A stretch of DNA of 63,480 bases, filler included, from Octopus bimaculoides (Eukaryota): assembly GCF_001194135.2 (NCBI RefSeq). It is 5 parts of 5 records of this genome, joined end to end, with 100 filler letters (N's around TTAATTAATTAA, not from the genome) between each part and the next. Parts side by side here need not be neighbours in the genome. Positions count along the whole stretch, not along the records: positions 1 to 22,235 come from NC_068989.1; positions 22,336 to 31,909 come from NC_069001.1; 3 more parts are not named here. One strand, given 5' to 3'. Both the position numbers and the translations under genes were made by a program. Within the stretch, counting starts at the first letter, position 1. Each line of letters starts with the position of its first letter. Below are positions 11,281 to 24,106 of the stretch, piece by piece. The notes beneath the pieces were generated by a model, which did not search any database, was not told the DNA's origin, and saw nothing but the letters and a program-made list of their open reading frames with translations.

Positions 11281-12080
11281 AGCTGGCAAAATCGTTAGTA
11301 CACCAAGCAAAATACCTAACGGCATTTCGTGCGTCCTTATGTTCTGAGTTCAAATTCTGCTTTTCATTAATAAATTAGGTAGGAGTTGAACGTTGGGATC
11401 TGTGTAATCGACTTAAACCCTACCTGAAATTGCTGGCCTTGTACCAAAATTTAAAACCAGTATTATTTATTTATTATTTTGTTTTATTTTAGTCGGGAAG
11501 GAAACGCCTTTGATGTCTGATAACAAAAAACACATTCGGAGTTTACATTCTACTGCAAAATATATGTACATATCTTGAGCAAAATTAATTAATCTCATTT
11601 CTATTCTCAGTATCAATGGGTAAAATATGGTGGTGAGCTGGTAGAATTGCTCGCACGCTGAACGAAATGTTTAACGGCATTTCGTCCGTTTTTACTTTCT
11701 GAGTTCAGATTCCGCCGAGGTCCAGTTTGTCTTTCATACTCTCGGAGTCGATAAAATAAGTACTAGTCGAGTCCGGGGGTTGATGGAATCGACTTACCCC
11801 TCCCTCGAAATTGTTGACCTTGCGCTAAAGTTTAAAAACAATATTAATGAGTGAAATTAAAGCAGCGAGCTGGCAGAACCGGTGCTGCGTCGGACAAAAT
11901 ACTTACCGGTATTTCGTCCAGCTTTACGTTCTAAGTTCAAATTCCACAGAGACCCATTTTTGCTTTTCATCCTTTCGGGGTCGATAAAATAAGTAACAGT
12001 TGAGTCCTGAGGCCGATGTAATTGACTTACTTCCTCCATTAAAACTGCTGGCCTTGTGCCAGAATTTGAAATCAGATATT
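11281..12080 (+). mobile_element. Three head-to-tail family-3 SINE copies
   Basis: GAGCTGG(C/T)AGAA heads near 11281, 11635 and 11867, each with a B-box AGTTCA(A/G)ATTC and an AAAATTT(G/A)AAA-type end. Confidence 0.8.
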
Positions 12081-13891
12081 AATGGGGGACATTTATATCG
12101 GTTTAAAATTCTTGTTAGGTGCATTAAGCGTGTTGTGATAACATCCACTTTACTATTTCTTTTACACACAGCGAGTGTCCATGGGATTTTCGATCCACGC
12201 CTCCTAACATCGTTATTATATGATATCAGCATCATATGATATCAATGTGATATAGTAAAGAATAAATCATTTCTTTCAAGTTGAGTTGTTTCTATTTATT
12301 CTAAAATTCTTTCTACCGATAGAGGGATAATTATAAGAATTTCAGTTTTTATATTTGTCCTTTATATCCAATACTTACCAAAGATCAAGTTCAATCTCTC
12401 ATTATACGCACTGCACCACTTATTTTTTTAATCAACAAATTTACTCTTAAAATGTTCTGGCAGGTTCGAACGCAAATATACTTATCGCTGTTGTGCTCGT
12501 CACAGGAGACAATTTCTCCTTGACAACGATTATGTGTTCATTATACACTCGATCCATTCATACAAGGGATTCTCTGGAACACTGGAGTTTCGACATGTGT
12601 CTGGTCACCCAGAAATAACCAGATTTATGTATCTAATCCAGAGCCTATCGTCTTGTTTATAATTTCAACAAACAAACTATTCGCTGATCACTACTGATAT
12701 TTGCCAACTGTTAATAAATCGTTATATGATTTATTGAACAGTGAGATTAGAAATGATGCCTTGCTTATTTATTCTTGATACATTTAGGCAGATTCGAACA
12801 TGAATGTGCTAACCGCTGCTGTGTTCGTCACAGAACAGCTTCTCCTTTACGGAAAAGAGGCCATCTGTCTACACATGTAGCATGTACAAGCAGACAGCCT
12901 CTCTCTGCCTCTCTCTTTATCTCTCCTTTTCGCTTTTTGTCCCCTTTCTCTCTCCCACACACACTTTTTTATTCCTCTCTTTAACTCTCATTTTTTTCTC
13001 TCCCTCTTTCACTCTCACTTCTCTCTCTCGTTTTCTCGTATTCATTTCTTTCTGGGATTAAAATATACCTCAGTCTCATCTAAGACATATTTTCTGCGAA
13101 AAGAAAAGAAGAAATTTATTTCATTTCTTCTGCAACATCCCTCTTCAAACATATATACCGAATTGACATCCCTCTACTTTTGTATGAGCTCGTAAATATC
13201 GCCGTGACAAGTACAAACATTAAAGTTAACTACGCTACTCCTCTTCATAGGTGGCAGACTCCTGGGGATGAGGACGCCGAGGATTAAAAACGAGGTGGAC
13301 ATATTGTCATGTTTAATGAAATCAAGATGGTTTCCATCGTTTGAAATTTGCCCAACACTAACAAATTACAAAACAAGAAATATGTCGCCGCAAACTTGAT
13401 TTTGTCATCTCATTAATAAAGAAGTAGTGGTGCTAAAACTTTCTCTACTATTTGGTGTGGGAGTTAGGGACAGGGATTTGTGAGTTTGAAAACAGCTGAA
13501 CTGTACAGTTCTTATTTATGATTTTAATGGAACCGAATAATTCCAGTCAGTTGCGCTGAATAAATGTCTGGCAGAAAGGAAATGCATTGAGTTAAATATT
13601 GCATCGATGTTGTACGTGTGGACTACCTGTATTTATGGGCCAGGATACAATGTTAAGAATTAAGACCTAATCCGTATGGCCCCCATTTTAAAGGCTGCGT
13701 GGAAGTTATCGAGGGAGCTATGGAAGATAAATTGACAAGGTAAAACATTTACAAACTCTATCTTTCCCTCCCTATACATAGTTTAGAGTCCCGTTAAGGT
13801 AAGATCTAAACAAAAAAAGTACTACATCGAATGAGAGATAAATGTTCAATGTACATAAAATTATATATATGTGTGTGTGTGTGTGTGTGTA

Positions 13892-15190
13892 TTGGGTCAT
13901 CCCATAGATAATGCGGTTTTTTCAATTGCATGAACTAAAAGTCGGAGGGGAACGGGATAAACTGCCTGTATCAACTTGCTGTAAAAGTATTAAGTAATTT
14001 TACCTTGTTCTTATCCTTAGTGCAAGTTTTAAAGAGTGCAGTTCGATTTTAACAGTTATTTTTGCCAAGCTATAAGTGGAGTGACAAAGGAGCACATTCG
14101 GCATATTTTGCTTTATGAGTTCAATAATGGCAACAACGCAACGGAAAGAGCGAGGCGTATTAATGCAGTATATGGGGATCGGACAATAAGCGTAAGCCAG
14201 TGTTAACGGTAGTTCCAGAAATTCCGAGCCGGAAACTACAGCCTAGAAGACGAGCTTCGTCCTGGAAGATCTGCAGAGCTCGACGAGGACGTCCTGCAAA
14301 CCCTGGTGGAACAAAATCCCATCGTAACTGTTGAGGAACTAGAAGAGAAGCTTGAATTTGGTCATTTAACCATTCAAAACCTGCGTTCCATCAGAAGAGT
14401 CAGCAAATTAGGTCAATGGGTTCCTCACACTTTCCAAGTCTAATGGCGCGCAGAGAGTGAATGTGTGCTCTTCTTTGCTGTCATGTCTCATGAATGAACC
14501 ATTTTTCGACCGAATAGTGACTGGTGACGAGAAATGGGTTCTCTATAAAAATGTCAAGCGCTGAAGATTGTGGGTAGGGAAAGGCGAAACACCGGCACCC
14601 CAGGCTAAAGAAAATTTTCACCCACGTATGGTGTTGTTATCTGTTTGGTGGGATATGAAAGATTTAATCGACTTCGAACTTTTAAACCCAAACCAAATGA
14701 TAACAAAGGAGAGCTACTACGAGCAGCTTGAGCAGCTTAAATCAGCGCTAGAAGAAAACTGACCATCTTTGGTTTCAAGACGAAACGGATTCTTCCATCA
14801 GGATAATGCTCGGTCACATACAGCGAGGGTGACATTTCAAAGGCTGGAGCAGTTTGAATGGGAAACAAAGCCCCACCCACGATATTCGTCGGACATTGCT
14901 GATTATCATTTATTCCGATTATCTGATTATCATTTATTCCGCAGTCTTCAAAATCATTTGGACGGAAAAAAATACAAATTCTGTAGACGAGGTCAGAACA
15001 ATACTGGAGGAGTATTTTTCGTGACAGGCAGGCGAATTTTGGAAGAGGGGCCTTGCAAGTCTACCAGATGGAAAAGCATTGTCAAAAATGAAAGAGAGTA
15101 TATTTTATATTAAAAAAGAGCTTTGTTTATCTTAATTTAGAAAACTAAAAGAAGTATAAAAAAACTGCATTATTAATGGGATGACCCAAA
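13892..15190 (+). mobile_element. Full-length (~1.3 kb) inactive mariner element (D,D34D type)
   Basis: TIRs TTGGGTCATCCCATAGATAATGCGG / CTGCATTATTAATGGGATGACCCAA with flanking TA. Transposase motifs KEHIRHILLYEF, WVPH, IVTGDEKW, FFHQDNARSH and HPRYSSDIADYHLFRSL are present, with several stops and frameshifts. Confidence 0.95.
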
Positions 15191-15469
15191 TACACACACA
15201 CACACACACACACGAATGAGTGAATAACCGAAATGAAGAAGCACTCAACACATGTAGTTGGAGCTGTAGTTGAGTAACAGGTTCATTGACCACCTTATGC
15301 TACTTTCGTGGACGTGATGAAAAAATGCAGCCAGTTCTTCTGACATTAGGAAGCTTTTGAACGTCCGAGATGGTTGTGTTTATTCAACAGATAGATATGT
15401 TTATGTATATATGTACGTACATGTATATGTATAAAACTGCCAGACCAAACTATCAAAAGCGTGGCTTAG

Positions 15470-15690
15470 CTCAATATTCTTTTTCCACTCTAGACACAAG
15501 GCCCAAAATTTGGGGGGAGGGGGCCAATCGATTAGATCAACCCAAGTACACAACTGGTACTTAATTTATCGACCCAGAAAGGATGAAAGGCAAAATCGAT
15601 CTCAGTGGAATTTGAACCCAGAACATAAAAACATGAAATACCGGTGAGTATTTTGCCCGGCGTGCTAACGTTTCTGCTAGCTCGCCTCTT
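15470..15690 (-). mobile_element. Family-3 SINE
   Basis: ATCGACCCAGAAAGGATGAAAGGCAAAATCGA...GGAATTTGAACCCAG...CTAGCTCGCC. Confidence 0.8.
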
Positions 15691-17587
15691 TGCTTAGCTC
15701 AAAATATAAATAATAAAAGATTTAAAGAATCAAAAACAATTTTAAATCATTGTAACTGAAGGATGAAGGAAAGCTACACAGTTTGAAAGTGTCTTCACCA
15801 CCGTACCATACTTCCATGTTGCTTGATTAGAAACGAATGCTAACACACTGTCAGTTAATCTTGAAGGAAATGTGGCCATTAACTGTTGTTTATGGTTTAA
15901 ANNNNNNNNNNNNNNNNNNNNNNNNTAGTCCATCTTTAACGTCTTCTTTGATTGAAGGCTCTCACTTTTTGAGACGCATTTGTAGTTGAAGTAAACTTTG
16001 TTCTGGAGTTATTTTATAACAATCAGATGATCTCACAAAATCTGGGTTGGTGGAAATTTATGGCTTTAGACAAAAGAGCTAAAAATAATATCTAAAAAAG
16101 ACATTAATAAAAATAGCAATAATAAAGTCGTGAATAATAATAACGGTTTCAAATGTTGACACAATGTCAGAAGTTGTTAGGTAAGTTGATTACATCGATC
16201 TCAGCGCTTAACTGGTGCTTTATTTTGTCGACCCCCTAGAGAATGGAAAACAATGTTGACTCTAACACAATTTGAACTGCAGAGTGTAGTCATAACAAAT
16301 ATTTCGTGGCATGTTTTTTTTTTCCTGATACCGTAACAATTTTGCTGTTCTACCGTTCTAAATACAATACTATCTAAATACAATCGCTCTAAATACAATC
16401 GCTTTCTTGATCATGTCTGAGAACGTGTCCGATCCGGTTTCAGCGTCGGCTTCTTATTTCGTCACTGATCCTGTTGATGCCTGTTATTGTCTCAATTGTA
16501 ACCAAGATTGTGAAAGCGATTGTATCAGCTTGAGGAGAAAAGAGCAGCATGGCGCCCTAAATGGAGAAGGACCACTGACAAGGAAAGGAGATGAACGAGA
16601 AGGGTGGAGAAGCTAGAACGAGACCAGAACAGTAGCAGAAAACAGAGATCGTGTTGCGACCTCATGACACGAAGAGAACTAACAAACTAATCGCTCTAAG
16701 TAATGGTTTTTGATTTATGTACAGAGCCAACACTAGTACTTAATTTTATCGACAATGGAAGTATTAAAGGCAAAATTAACCTCTTTGGGGTTTGAACGTA
16801 ATGAGACAAGTAATATCGCAATACATTTTATCCGACGTTCTAACGATTCTGCCAGTTTACTACCTTGAAAGGTTTCTAATAGTTTTATTCAATTAAATCG
16901 ACCTCAGTATTATATGACTGGTAGAAGACAAGCCAGTTGTTAAAAAATAATACCCATATCGATCCTGTTAAAGATCAAGGTCTAAATTCAACTGATTGGA
17001 AAGTTTAACTCTTTGAACGCGGAGAGTAGATATATCAGCTGACTTTTATTGCTGTTAACTGCGGAAAACGGTTTTACCGAACAGTTTTGAAAAAAAAGCT
17101 TCTCCCGATGCTGTAGGAAGCGGAAGCACCTTCGGTGACACTTTTTTCCCTTTTTTTTTTTTTTTCATATTTCATTGAATATCTCTTTACGGAGATATTT
17201 TAGTGGTGGATATGAAAACAGCTCCTACAGGAGGCACAGATAAAGTATAGCAGAAGCAGAAAATATCAAATGAAGAAATTACCATAAAATTTATCAAAGA
17301 TTTAATAAGGTTAGGATTATTTACAAAAAAGAAAANNNNNNNNNNNNNNNNNNNNNNNNNNNNNNNNNNNNNNNNNNNNNNNNNNNNNNNNNNNNNNNNN
17401 NNNNNNNNNNNNNNNNNNNNNNNNNNNNNNNNNNNNNNNNNNNNNNNNNNNNNNNNNNNNNNNNNNNNNNNNNNNNNNNNNNNNNNNNNNNNNNNNNNNN
17501 NNNNNNNNNNNNNNNGTAGCAACGGGCAAAATACCGCTAAGCATTTCGTCCAGCGTGCTAACGATTCTGCCAGCTCACCGCTGCTAT

Positions 17588-17618
<31 letters not shown>

Positions 17619-17829
17619 TTTTCTACTTTAGGCACAAGGCCTGAAATTTGGGGTGAGGGGACTGATCGATTACATCGACCCTAGTGTTTCCCTGGTACTT
17701 AATTTATTGATCCCGAAAGGATGAAAAGGCAAAGTCGACCTCGACGGAATTTGAACTCAGAACATATCCGCAGACGAAATACCGATTTCTTTATTACCCA
17801 TAAAGGGCTACACAAACAATTTTTAAGAC

Positions 17830-19700
17830 ATCACAAAACATAAAGACGGTACAAAACGCAACAAACATAAAATCGGGGAACTAAAACTACAAAAGCAAAT
17901 GATGATAGAAGAAAAATTAAAATAAAATGACAAATGCAAGAATGAAAAAATGAGGCGCAATGTCGACTCGAACCCCGAAGTCGGGTGGTTGCATTTATCC
18001 AGTCTTTCACTTTTACGTTCAACATCATGTAAACATTTTAACGGCTTTGCAACTCAAAAAATTGAAACACTCGCGTTACCTTTCTCCCATTAACCACTGT
18101 TACTTGTGTCCTTATCAACTGCAAATAATCAGTTCTATGGGGTGGTGTCTCCACCAACCATACCCTTATCGTTGTTATATTTTCACCAAGTTCTTTTATG
18201 TACTCCCAGTAGTTTTCCTCATGTATCAAAATGCATTTCTCAGCAGATTTCTCTGGCATTTTAACTCTTATTATTTCCTCCAACCTTTCGACTTTTCTCT
18301 CCATCTGCTCGCAATTCTTGTACTTTATCAAAACCCCTTGTATTTCACATCTTTATCCGTTCTCTCCTCCTCTTCTTGTGCATTATTAGTTTCTGGTTTT
18401 TCCATCTCTTTTTATGTTTTCTGTTGACCGTTCCTTTAACTTATTTTTCTTTCGCTTTTTAGGGTTAGTAGCTCCATTTTCGTTCTTCGTTTTCTCTGTT
18501 TCACACTACTGTCTCTCTTTCATTTCCTCAGTGTGGTCTACAATGTTTTCCTTCTCTGCTTGTGCTTTCTCTTGCTGTGGCTGTGTGAACTCATATAGGG
18601 GGCATTTGGTCTTCATATGACCTCTTTCCCCGCATATGTAGCAATTTGGTTTCCTTCCCTCTACTACCACATTTAACGTTCTCTCATCATCCACTTCTAT
18701 CTGGTAGGGAATTCTTATAAGAATATCTCGTAGCCATTGAGGAGGGGAGCGAGAACACGTGCCTCGGCAACTTTGAGGAAGTAATTTTGTTTCCAGCGAC
18801 CGCAGTCACCGGGCATTCACACTGCCTATTCTGAGCGCAACCATGAGTTTGGATAAAGCGAAAGAAAAGCACTTATCTATAGGTTACACGGGTCGCCGCT
18901 CCCGCGGTCGGTAATCCTTTGTAAATAGTTCTTTTTATGGTGGTCCGTAATTCTCCAATAGCATTCGGGTGACTTGTTTTTAAATGAGTGTATATGTTTT
19001 GTTGTATGGCAATAAATTTTTATTTTTTGTGGAATGTGGTATGTAGGTGTGATGTAGCTGTCTTCATCAATGTTTAATATATTGCTCAATGTATGAACTC
19101 TGTATTGCTTGTATATATTGATGTGTAGTTGTCTAAGTTATTGATTCTGTTTGTATTCGTTTCTGTGTGACGGTTCTGTTTTTGTGTGCTCGTGCTAGGT
19201 TGTGTTTGTGTGGAAGTGTCTGGAGTGGTGTCACATTTTTGTGTTTTTTTAATTTTTTTTTTTGTGTTGCTGCAGCTTTTTTTCTTCAGTTCTCTGTTTT
19301 CTCTTCCCTTTAAACACTATCCACTCTTCGGATTTCCCGTCCGACGCTCCGGTCACGTCTGAAGCGTCGTCAGGGAGGCGTACATTTGCAAAGATGAGCA
19401 TTAACTCAACTGTGCTTTTGTCTTCGTTTTCTGTTTTATTCTTTGTTTTTGCTGCAACTGACTGTCCTACTCTTCTTCGATGACCAGCGTCCCGCGCTGC
19501 TGTGTCCTCTTGTTCGTTTGCTCCTGCTGTAGCTGCTGGTGATTCTGCTGTGATGGAGATGTTAGCAGCAGGAACATTTTGGTAGGTGCTTTCTTGAATG
19601 AGCAGAAAGCCATTAAATGGTTCTGTCCTCGCTGAAAAAGAGTAACTCATAAGACATGACAGACTAGGGCAGTACATCTACTGGAATGTTTGTAAATATT
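17830..19700 (-). mobile_element. Decayed ORF1 (gag-like, CCHC knuckle) of an L1/Tx1-like non-LTR element
   Basis: IEVDDERTLNVVVEGRKPNCYICGERGHMKTKC (C-x2-C-x4-H-x4-C), flanked by broken basic/acidic low-complexity frames. The clade assignment is an inference. Confidence 0.65.
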
Positions 19701-19714
19701 ACAAAATTAAATCC

Positions 19715-20260
19715 CATGATAAGTGGTACAGGCACCATCCAGAGGATGCAAAAATGGCGAGGACGTCACCATCCTTTGAAACTTCCCAACGCAAACAGAC
19801 AGAGAAATTGACTCCAATCAACCAGACATTGTGATCAAGGACTACAACAGAAGAACTTGTCTGTTAATAGATATGTCTGTCCCACAAGATCAAAATGTCT
19901 CAAGAAAGGAATATGAAAAGCTTTCTCACTATAAAGATCTGCAAATTGAAATCACAAAGATGTGGAAGCTTAGTACTACGATAATACCAATAGTAATCGG
20001 TGCGTTGGGAATGATAAAGAAGGGAGCTGAGAAGAATGATAAAGAAAGGAGCTGAGAAGAATGATAAAGAAGGGAGCTGAGAAGAATGATAAAGAAGGGA
20101 GCTGAGAAGAATGATAAAGAAGGGAGCTGAGAAGAATGATAAAGAAGGAGCTGAGAAGTATATTAAGCAACTTCCTGGTCACTCCAATCTCCGTAAACTA
20201 CAAAAGATAACCTTGATGGGAACAGCTCATATACTGCGGAAAGCACCCTTCATCTAAAAT
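19715..20260 (+). mobile_element. R4/Dong-like non-LTR 3' fragment (RLE domain) with an internal 25-bp x6 array
   Basis: HDKWYRHHPE...NQPDIVIKDYNRRTCLLIDMSVPQD...EKLSHYKDL...IIPIVIGALG, then after the array YIKQLPG...KITLMGTAHILRK. Confidence 0.85.
20010..20158 (+). repeat. Minisatellite, 6 x AATGATAAAGAAGGGAGCTGAGAAG
   Basis: Five 25-nt units plus one 24-nt unit, counted directly. Confidence 0.95.
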
Positions 20261-21223
20261 TGGAATAAATGTGGTGATAATTTCAGCGTGCATAGCAAAA
20301 CAAAAATGCCCTTGTTACTCTTNNNNNNNNNNNNNNNNNNNNNNNNNNNNNNNNNNNNNNNNNNNNNNNNNNNNNNNNNNNNNNNNNNNNNNNNNNNNNN
20401 NNNNNNNNNNNNNNNNNNNNNNNNNNNNNNNNNNNNNNNNNNNNNNNNNNNNNNNNNNNNNNNNNNNNNNNNNNNNNNNNNNNNNNNNNNNNNNNNNNNN
20501 NNNNNNNNNNNNNNNNNNNNNNNNNNNNNNNNNNNNNNNNNNNNNNNNNNNNNNNNNNNNNNNNNNNNNNNNNNNNNNNNNNNNNNNNNNNNNNNNNNNN
20601 NNNNNNNNNNNNNNNNNNNNNNNNNNNNNNNNNNNNNNNNNNNNNNNNNNNNNNNNNNNNNNNNNNNNNNNNNNNNNNNNNNNNNNNNNNNNNNNNNNNN
20701 NNNNNNNNNNNNNNNNNNNNNNNNNNNNNNNNNNNNNNNNNNNNNNNNNNNNNNNNNNNNNNNNNNNNNNNNNNNNNNNNNNNNNNNNNNNNNNNNNNNN
20801 NNNNNNNNNNNNNNNNNNNNNNNNNNNNNNNNNNNNNNNNNNNNNNNNNNNNNNNNNNNNNNNNNNNNNNNNNNNNNNNNNNNNNNNNNNNNNNNNNNNN
20901 NNNNNNNNNNNNNNNNNNNNNNNNNNNNNNNNNNNNNNNNNNNNNNNNNNNNNNNNNNNNNNNNNNNNNNNNNNNNNNNNNNNNNNNNNNNNNNNNNNNN
21001 NNNNNNNNNNATGTGACATTCATTGTCCCCGGAATTAAGTCTATAGTGTTCAGGTCACACGGCAAACAAACACTTTGAAATATGTTGTCGCTCTTTTCAG
21101 GAAAAGAAATGTGCATATTTTATTAAAATTTTATTCCTATTTTTAATTTTATTTCCTTTCGACCATATAACTCTGCCGTTAAGAAAAAACAGGTAACGAT
21201 TTCAAGTCATATAACTTACACGC

Positions 21224-21225
21224 AT

Positions 21226-21306
<81 letters not shown>

Positions 21307-21420
21307 ATCTCACACACACACACACATCTCACTCACTCACACACACTCTCTCTCTCCTACACTCTCTCCCTCCCACACTCTCTCTCACACACACACACTC
21401 TCTCTCTCACACGCACACAC
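21224..21420. repeat. Compound (CT)n/(CA)n microsatellite
   Basis: Read directly from the sequence. Confidence 0.95.
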
Positions 21421-21819
21421 ACTCTACACGTATAAACACGCGTATTTATATAGTGTGTCACTGTTTCTTTGTTAGTATGATTTTTTTAAATGTTTTATCT
21501 GTTTTTAAAATATACTTTATGCATATGTACGTCAACTATGACGTAAGTAGATATCTATAAGAACGCGTTTTCATTTCTACCCTGAAAAGAGAGAGAGAGA
21601 CGGGGAGAGAAAAACAAACAGATAGATAGACCGAGACCTAGATAAAAAGACGGAGAGAGAGAGTTAAAAAAAAGTAGGTAGCTAATTATTTACTTATCGT
21701 TGTATATTTTCAGTGACTTATTGAAGAAACTTAATATTATTATTGATTTCCAACGTGTACTTGGAATTTGAGGGACGACATAACAATTTATATATCTTTT
21801 CTGTTATAGGTACAAAGTC

Positions 21820-22235
21820 TGAAGTTTTGAGAAGGGCTAGTGATTAAATGATACTTATTAATCGATTCCGAATGCATGAAAAGCAAAAATCGACCTCGGC
21901 GGAATTTGAGCTCAGAGCACAAAGACAGGAAATGCCGTTAAGCATTTTAACTCGCGTATTAATCATTCTTTTCTATTATAGGTACAAGGTCCGAAATTTT
22001 GGGGAGGTGGAGGGGGGGCTACTCGATTAGATCGACGCCAGTACGCAACTGGTACTTAATTTATCGACCCCGAACGGATGAAAGGCAAATTCGACCTCGG
22101 CGGAATTTGAGCTCAGAGCACAAAGACAGGAAATGCCGTTAAGCATTTTAACTCGCGTATTAATCATTCTTTTCTATTATAGGTACAAGGTCCGAAATTT
22201 TGGGGAGGTGGAGGGGGGGCTACTCGATTAGATCG
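21820..22235 (-). mobile_element. Tandem family-3 SINE copies, 201-bp period
   Basis: GACCTCGGCGGAATTTGAGCTC occurs at about 21892 and 22093, and the following ~145 bp are identical. Confidence 0.8.
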
Positions 22236-22366
22236 NNNNNNNNNNNNNNNNNNNNNNNNNNNNNNNNNNNNNNNNNNNNTTAATTAATTAANNNNNNNNN
22301 NNNNNNNNNNNNNNNNNNNNNNNNNNNNNNNNNNNCATTTTATGTATCCTCTATATTCTGTTTCAT

Positions 22367-22381
22367 TCTCTTCTATTTCAG
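22367..22381 (+). promoter_or_regulatory. Probable splice acceptor for the exon containing the ZNF coding sequence
   Basis: Polypyrimidine tract ...TTCATTCTCTTCTATTTCAG| ending at 22381, about 350 nt upstream of the ATG. Confidence 0.5.
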
Positions 22382-22733
22382 AACATCAAGTGGCATTGGC
22401 ATAAAATAATTACTAACTTGAGTTCGTTACTTGGAGACCGAAAATAAATTATGTAGAACAGACTTAATCCTGTTTGTTTAAGTCTGTTGTAGAATTACTG
22501 TGAAATATTTGCTGTGAACTGAGATTAACAGCGAAATTCCCCTGTTTCACTCTGAAATGAATGGAAGATGAATTTATATTGTAATTAAAATTGGATAACA
22601 AAAGACTTTGCAACATCTTCAAATATCAACAAAGATCACAGTTGATGGAAATCTAGCAGAAGAAATATTTATTTGGAATAAAAAGAAGAAATAAAATCAT
22701 CTGTATATTGAAGTGGGTGGGAGAAGTAAAGTG

Positions 22734-23669
22734 ATGGAAGACAAAGTCTCCGAGTACAAAGTTGAATGTAAAAAACTATTTAAACAGATTGATTTTCCTG
22801 ATGATAGAAAGAAAAAGAAAGGGAAAACATTATATCAGTGTGATGTCTGTAAAAAGACATTCACTCTAAAATTTAATTTAACTGCTCACAAAAGTATTCA
22901 CACAGGGGAGAGGCCATATCAGTGTGATATCTGTGGCAAGGCATTCCCTGTAAATTGTCATTTAACGAGACACAAACGCCTTCATACAGATGACAAGCCA
23001 TATCGTTGTGACATCTGTGGGATGTCTTTCTTCATTGGGAGTCAATTAACGAAACATATACGCACTCATACAGGTGAGAGGCCCTATCACTGTGGCATCT
23101 GTGGTAAATCATTCTCTCTTAGTAGCACCTTGTATGAACACAAACGCATTCACACAGATGAGAGGCCATATCTTTGTGACATCTGTGGTAGATCATTCTC
23201 AAGAAAATATTGCTTAACTAGTCATAAACGTCGTCATTCAGGGGAGAAACCACATAACTGTGATATCTGTGGAAAATCTTTCACGGGTGGAAGTTACTTA
23301 ACGACTCATAAACGTATTCATACAGGAGAGAGACCATTTCACTGTGAAATCTGTGGTAAAGCATTCTCTGCCAGCAGTACGTTAACTATACACAAGCGTA
23401 TCCACACAGGTGAGAGGCCATTTCATTGTGATATTTGTGACAAAGCATTCTCTCGAAGCAGTGATTTAGGTAAACACAAACATGTTCATATTGATGAAAG
23501 ACCATTCCACTGTGATATCTGTGGTAAATCATTCATTGGAAGTAGTTACTTAATTATTCACAAACGTGTTCATACAGGAGAGAGACCATATCACTGTGAT
23601 ATCTGTGGTAAATCATTCACTCAGAAAGGTGGCCTAACTAGACATATAAGGACTCATACAGATCAGTGA
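22734..23669 (+). CDS. C2H2 zinc-finger protein, 10 tandem fingers, no effector domain in this exon (311 aa from ATG 22734)
   Basis: Uninterrupted ORF with ten C-x2-C-x12-H-x3-H units and TGERP-type linkers. The first ATG is at 22734; the ORF track starts at a GTG at 22713. Confidence 0.95.
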   Translation: MEDKVSEYKVECKKLFKQIDFPDDRKKKKGKTLYQCDVCKKTFTLKFNLTAHKSIHTGERPYQCDICGKAFPVNCHLTRHKRLHTDDKPYRCDICGMSFFIGSQLTKHIRTHTGERPYHCGICGKSFSLSSTLYEHKRIHTDERPYLCDICGRSFSRKYCLTSHKRRHSGEKPHNCDICGKSFTGGSYLTTHKRIHTGERPFHCEICGKAFSASSTLTIHKRIHTGERPFHCDICDKAFSRSSDLGKHKHVHIDERPFHCDICGKSFIGSSYLIIHKRVHTGERPYHCDICGKSFTQKGGLTRHIRTHTDQ

Positions 23670-23901
23670 CTGTATCGATGTCAAAATCCAGGTTGTGTTA
23701 AATACAGGGTGGCTTGTGTACCACCAAATTCTTGATCAAATTAATTTTCTTGTTTTTATAATTCGTAGTTTTATGAATATTGAAGATTTTTCAGAGGATA
23801 ATTTTGAAACTTAACTAATACACTGATCAATATTTACAAATATCAGAATTGATATCTTGCTACCTTGGTGATAAAGGACACAACGTGGTATTTATTTTAT
23901 A

Positions 23902-24106
23902 TTGGGTTGGTGGTGCATAATTATTGCGGCTTTTTTTCATAAAAAAACAATAACAATAGTTAGCAAAAACATCTTTAAATGATTATTCTGATCATCTGCC
24001 AAGCAAATGGGAAGCAGTAATGGAAGTAGATGGTAAATATGCTCCGGAATAATCATTTAAAGATGCTTTCGTTGATAAAAACCGCAATAATTATGCACCA
24101 ACCCAA
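23902..24106. mobile_element. Mariner-derived MITE (205 bp) downstream of the ZNF stop codon
   Basis: TIRs TTGGGTTGG(TG)GTGCATAATTATTGCGG / CCGCAATAATTATGCACCAACCCAA with TA TSD. The centre encodes the transposase tail DHLPSKWEAVMEVDGKYAPE*. Confidence 0.9.

Noticed and set aside
12575-12625. Hammerhead-like minus-strand CTGGGTGA...GAC-ACAT-GTC-GAAACT
   Set aside because: The core deviates in several places and the cleavage-site nucleotide would be G. Too degenerate to call.
20010-20158. CRISPR-like array (also 56663-56737)
   Set aside because: There are no unique spacers or cas genes, and the context is eukaryotic. These are simple tandem repeats.
21888-22235. Exact 201-bp-period duplication as a very recent event
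   Set aside because: It abuts a gap and is 100% identical, so it cannot be distinguished from misassembly.
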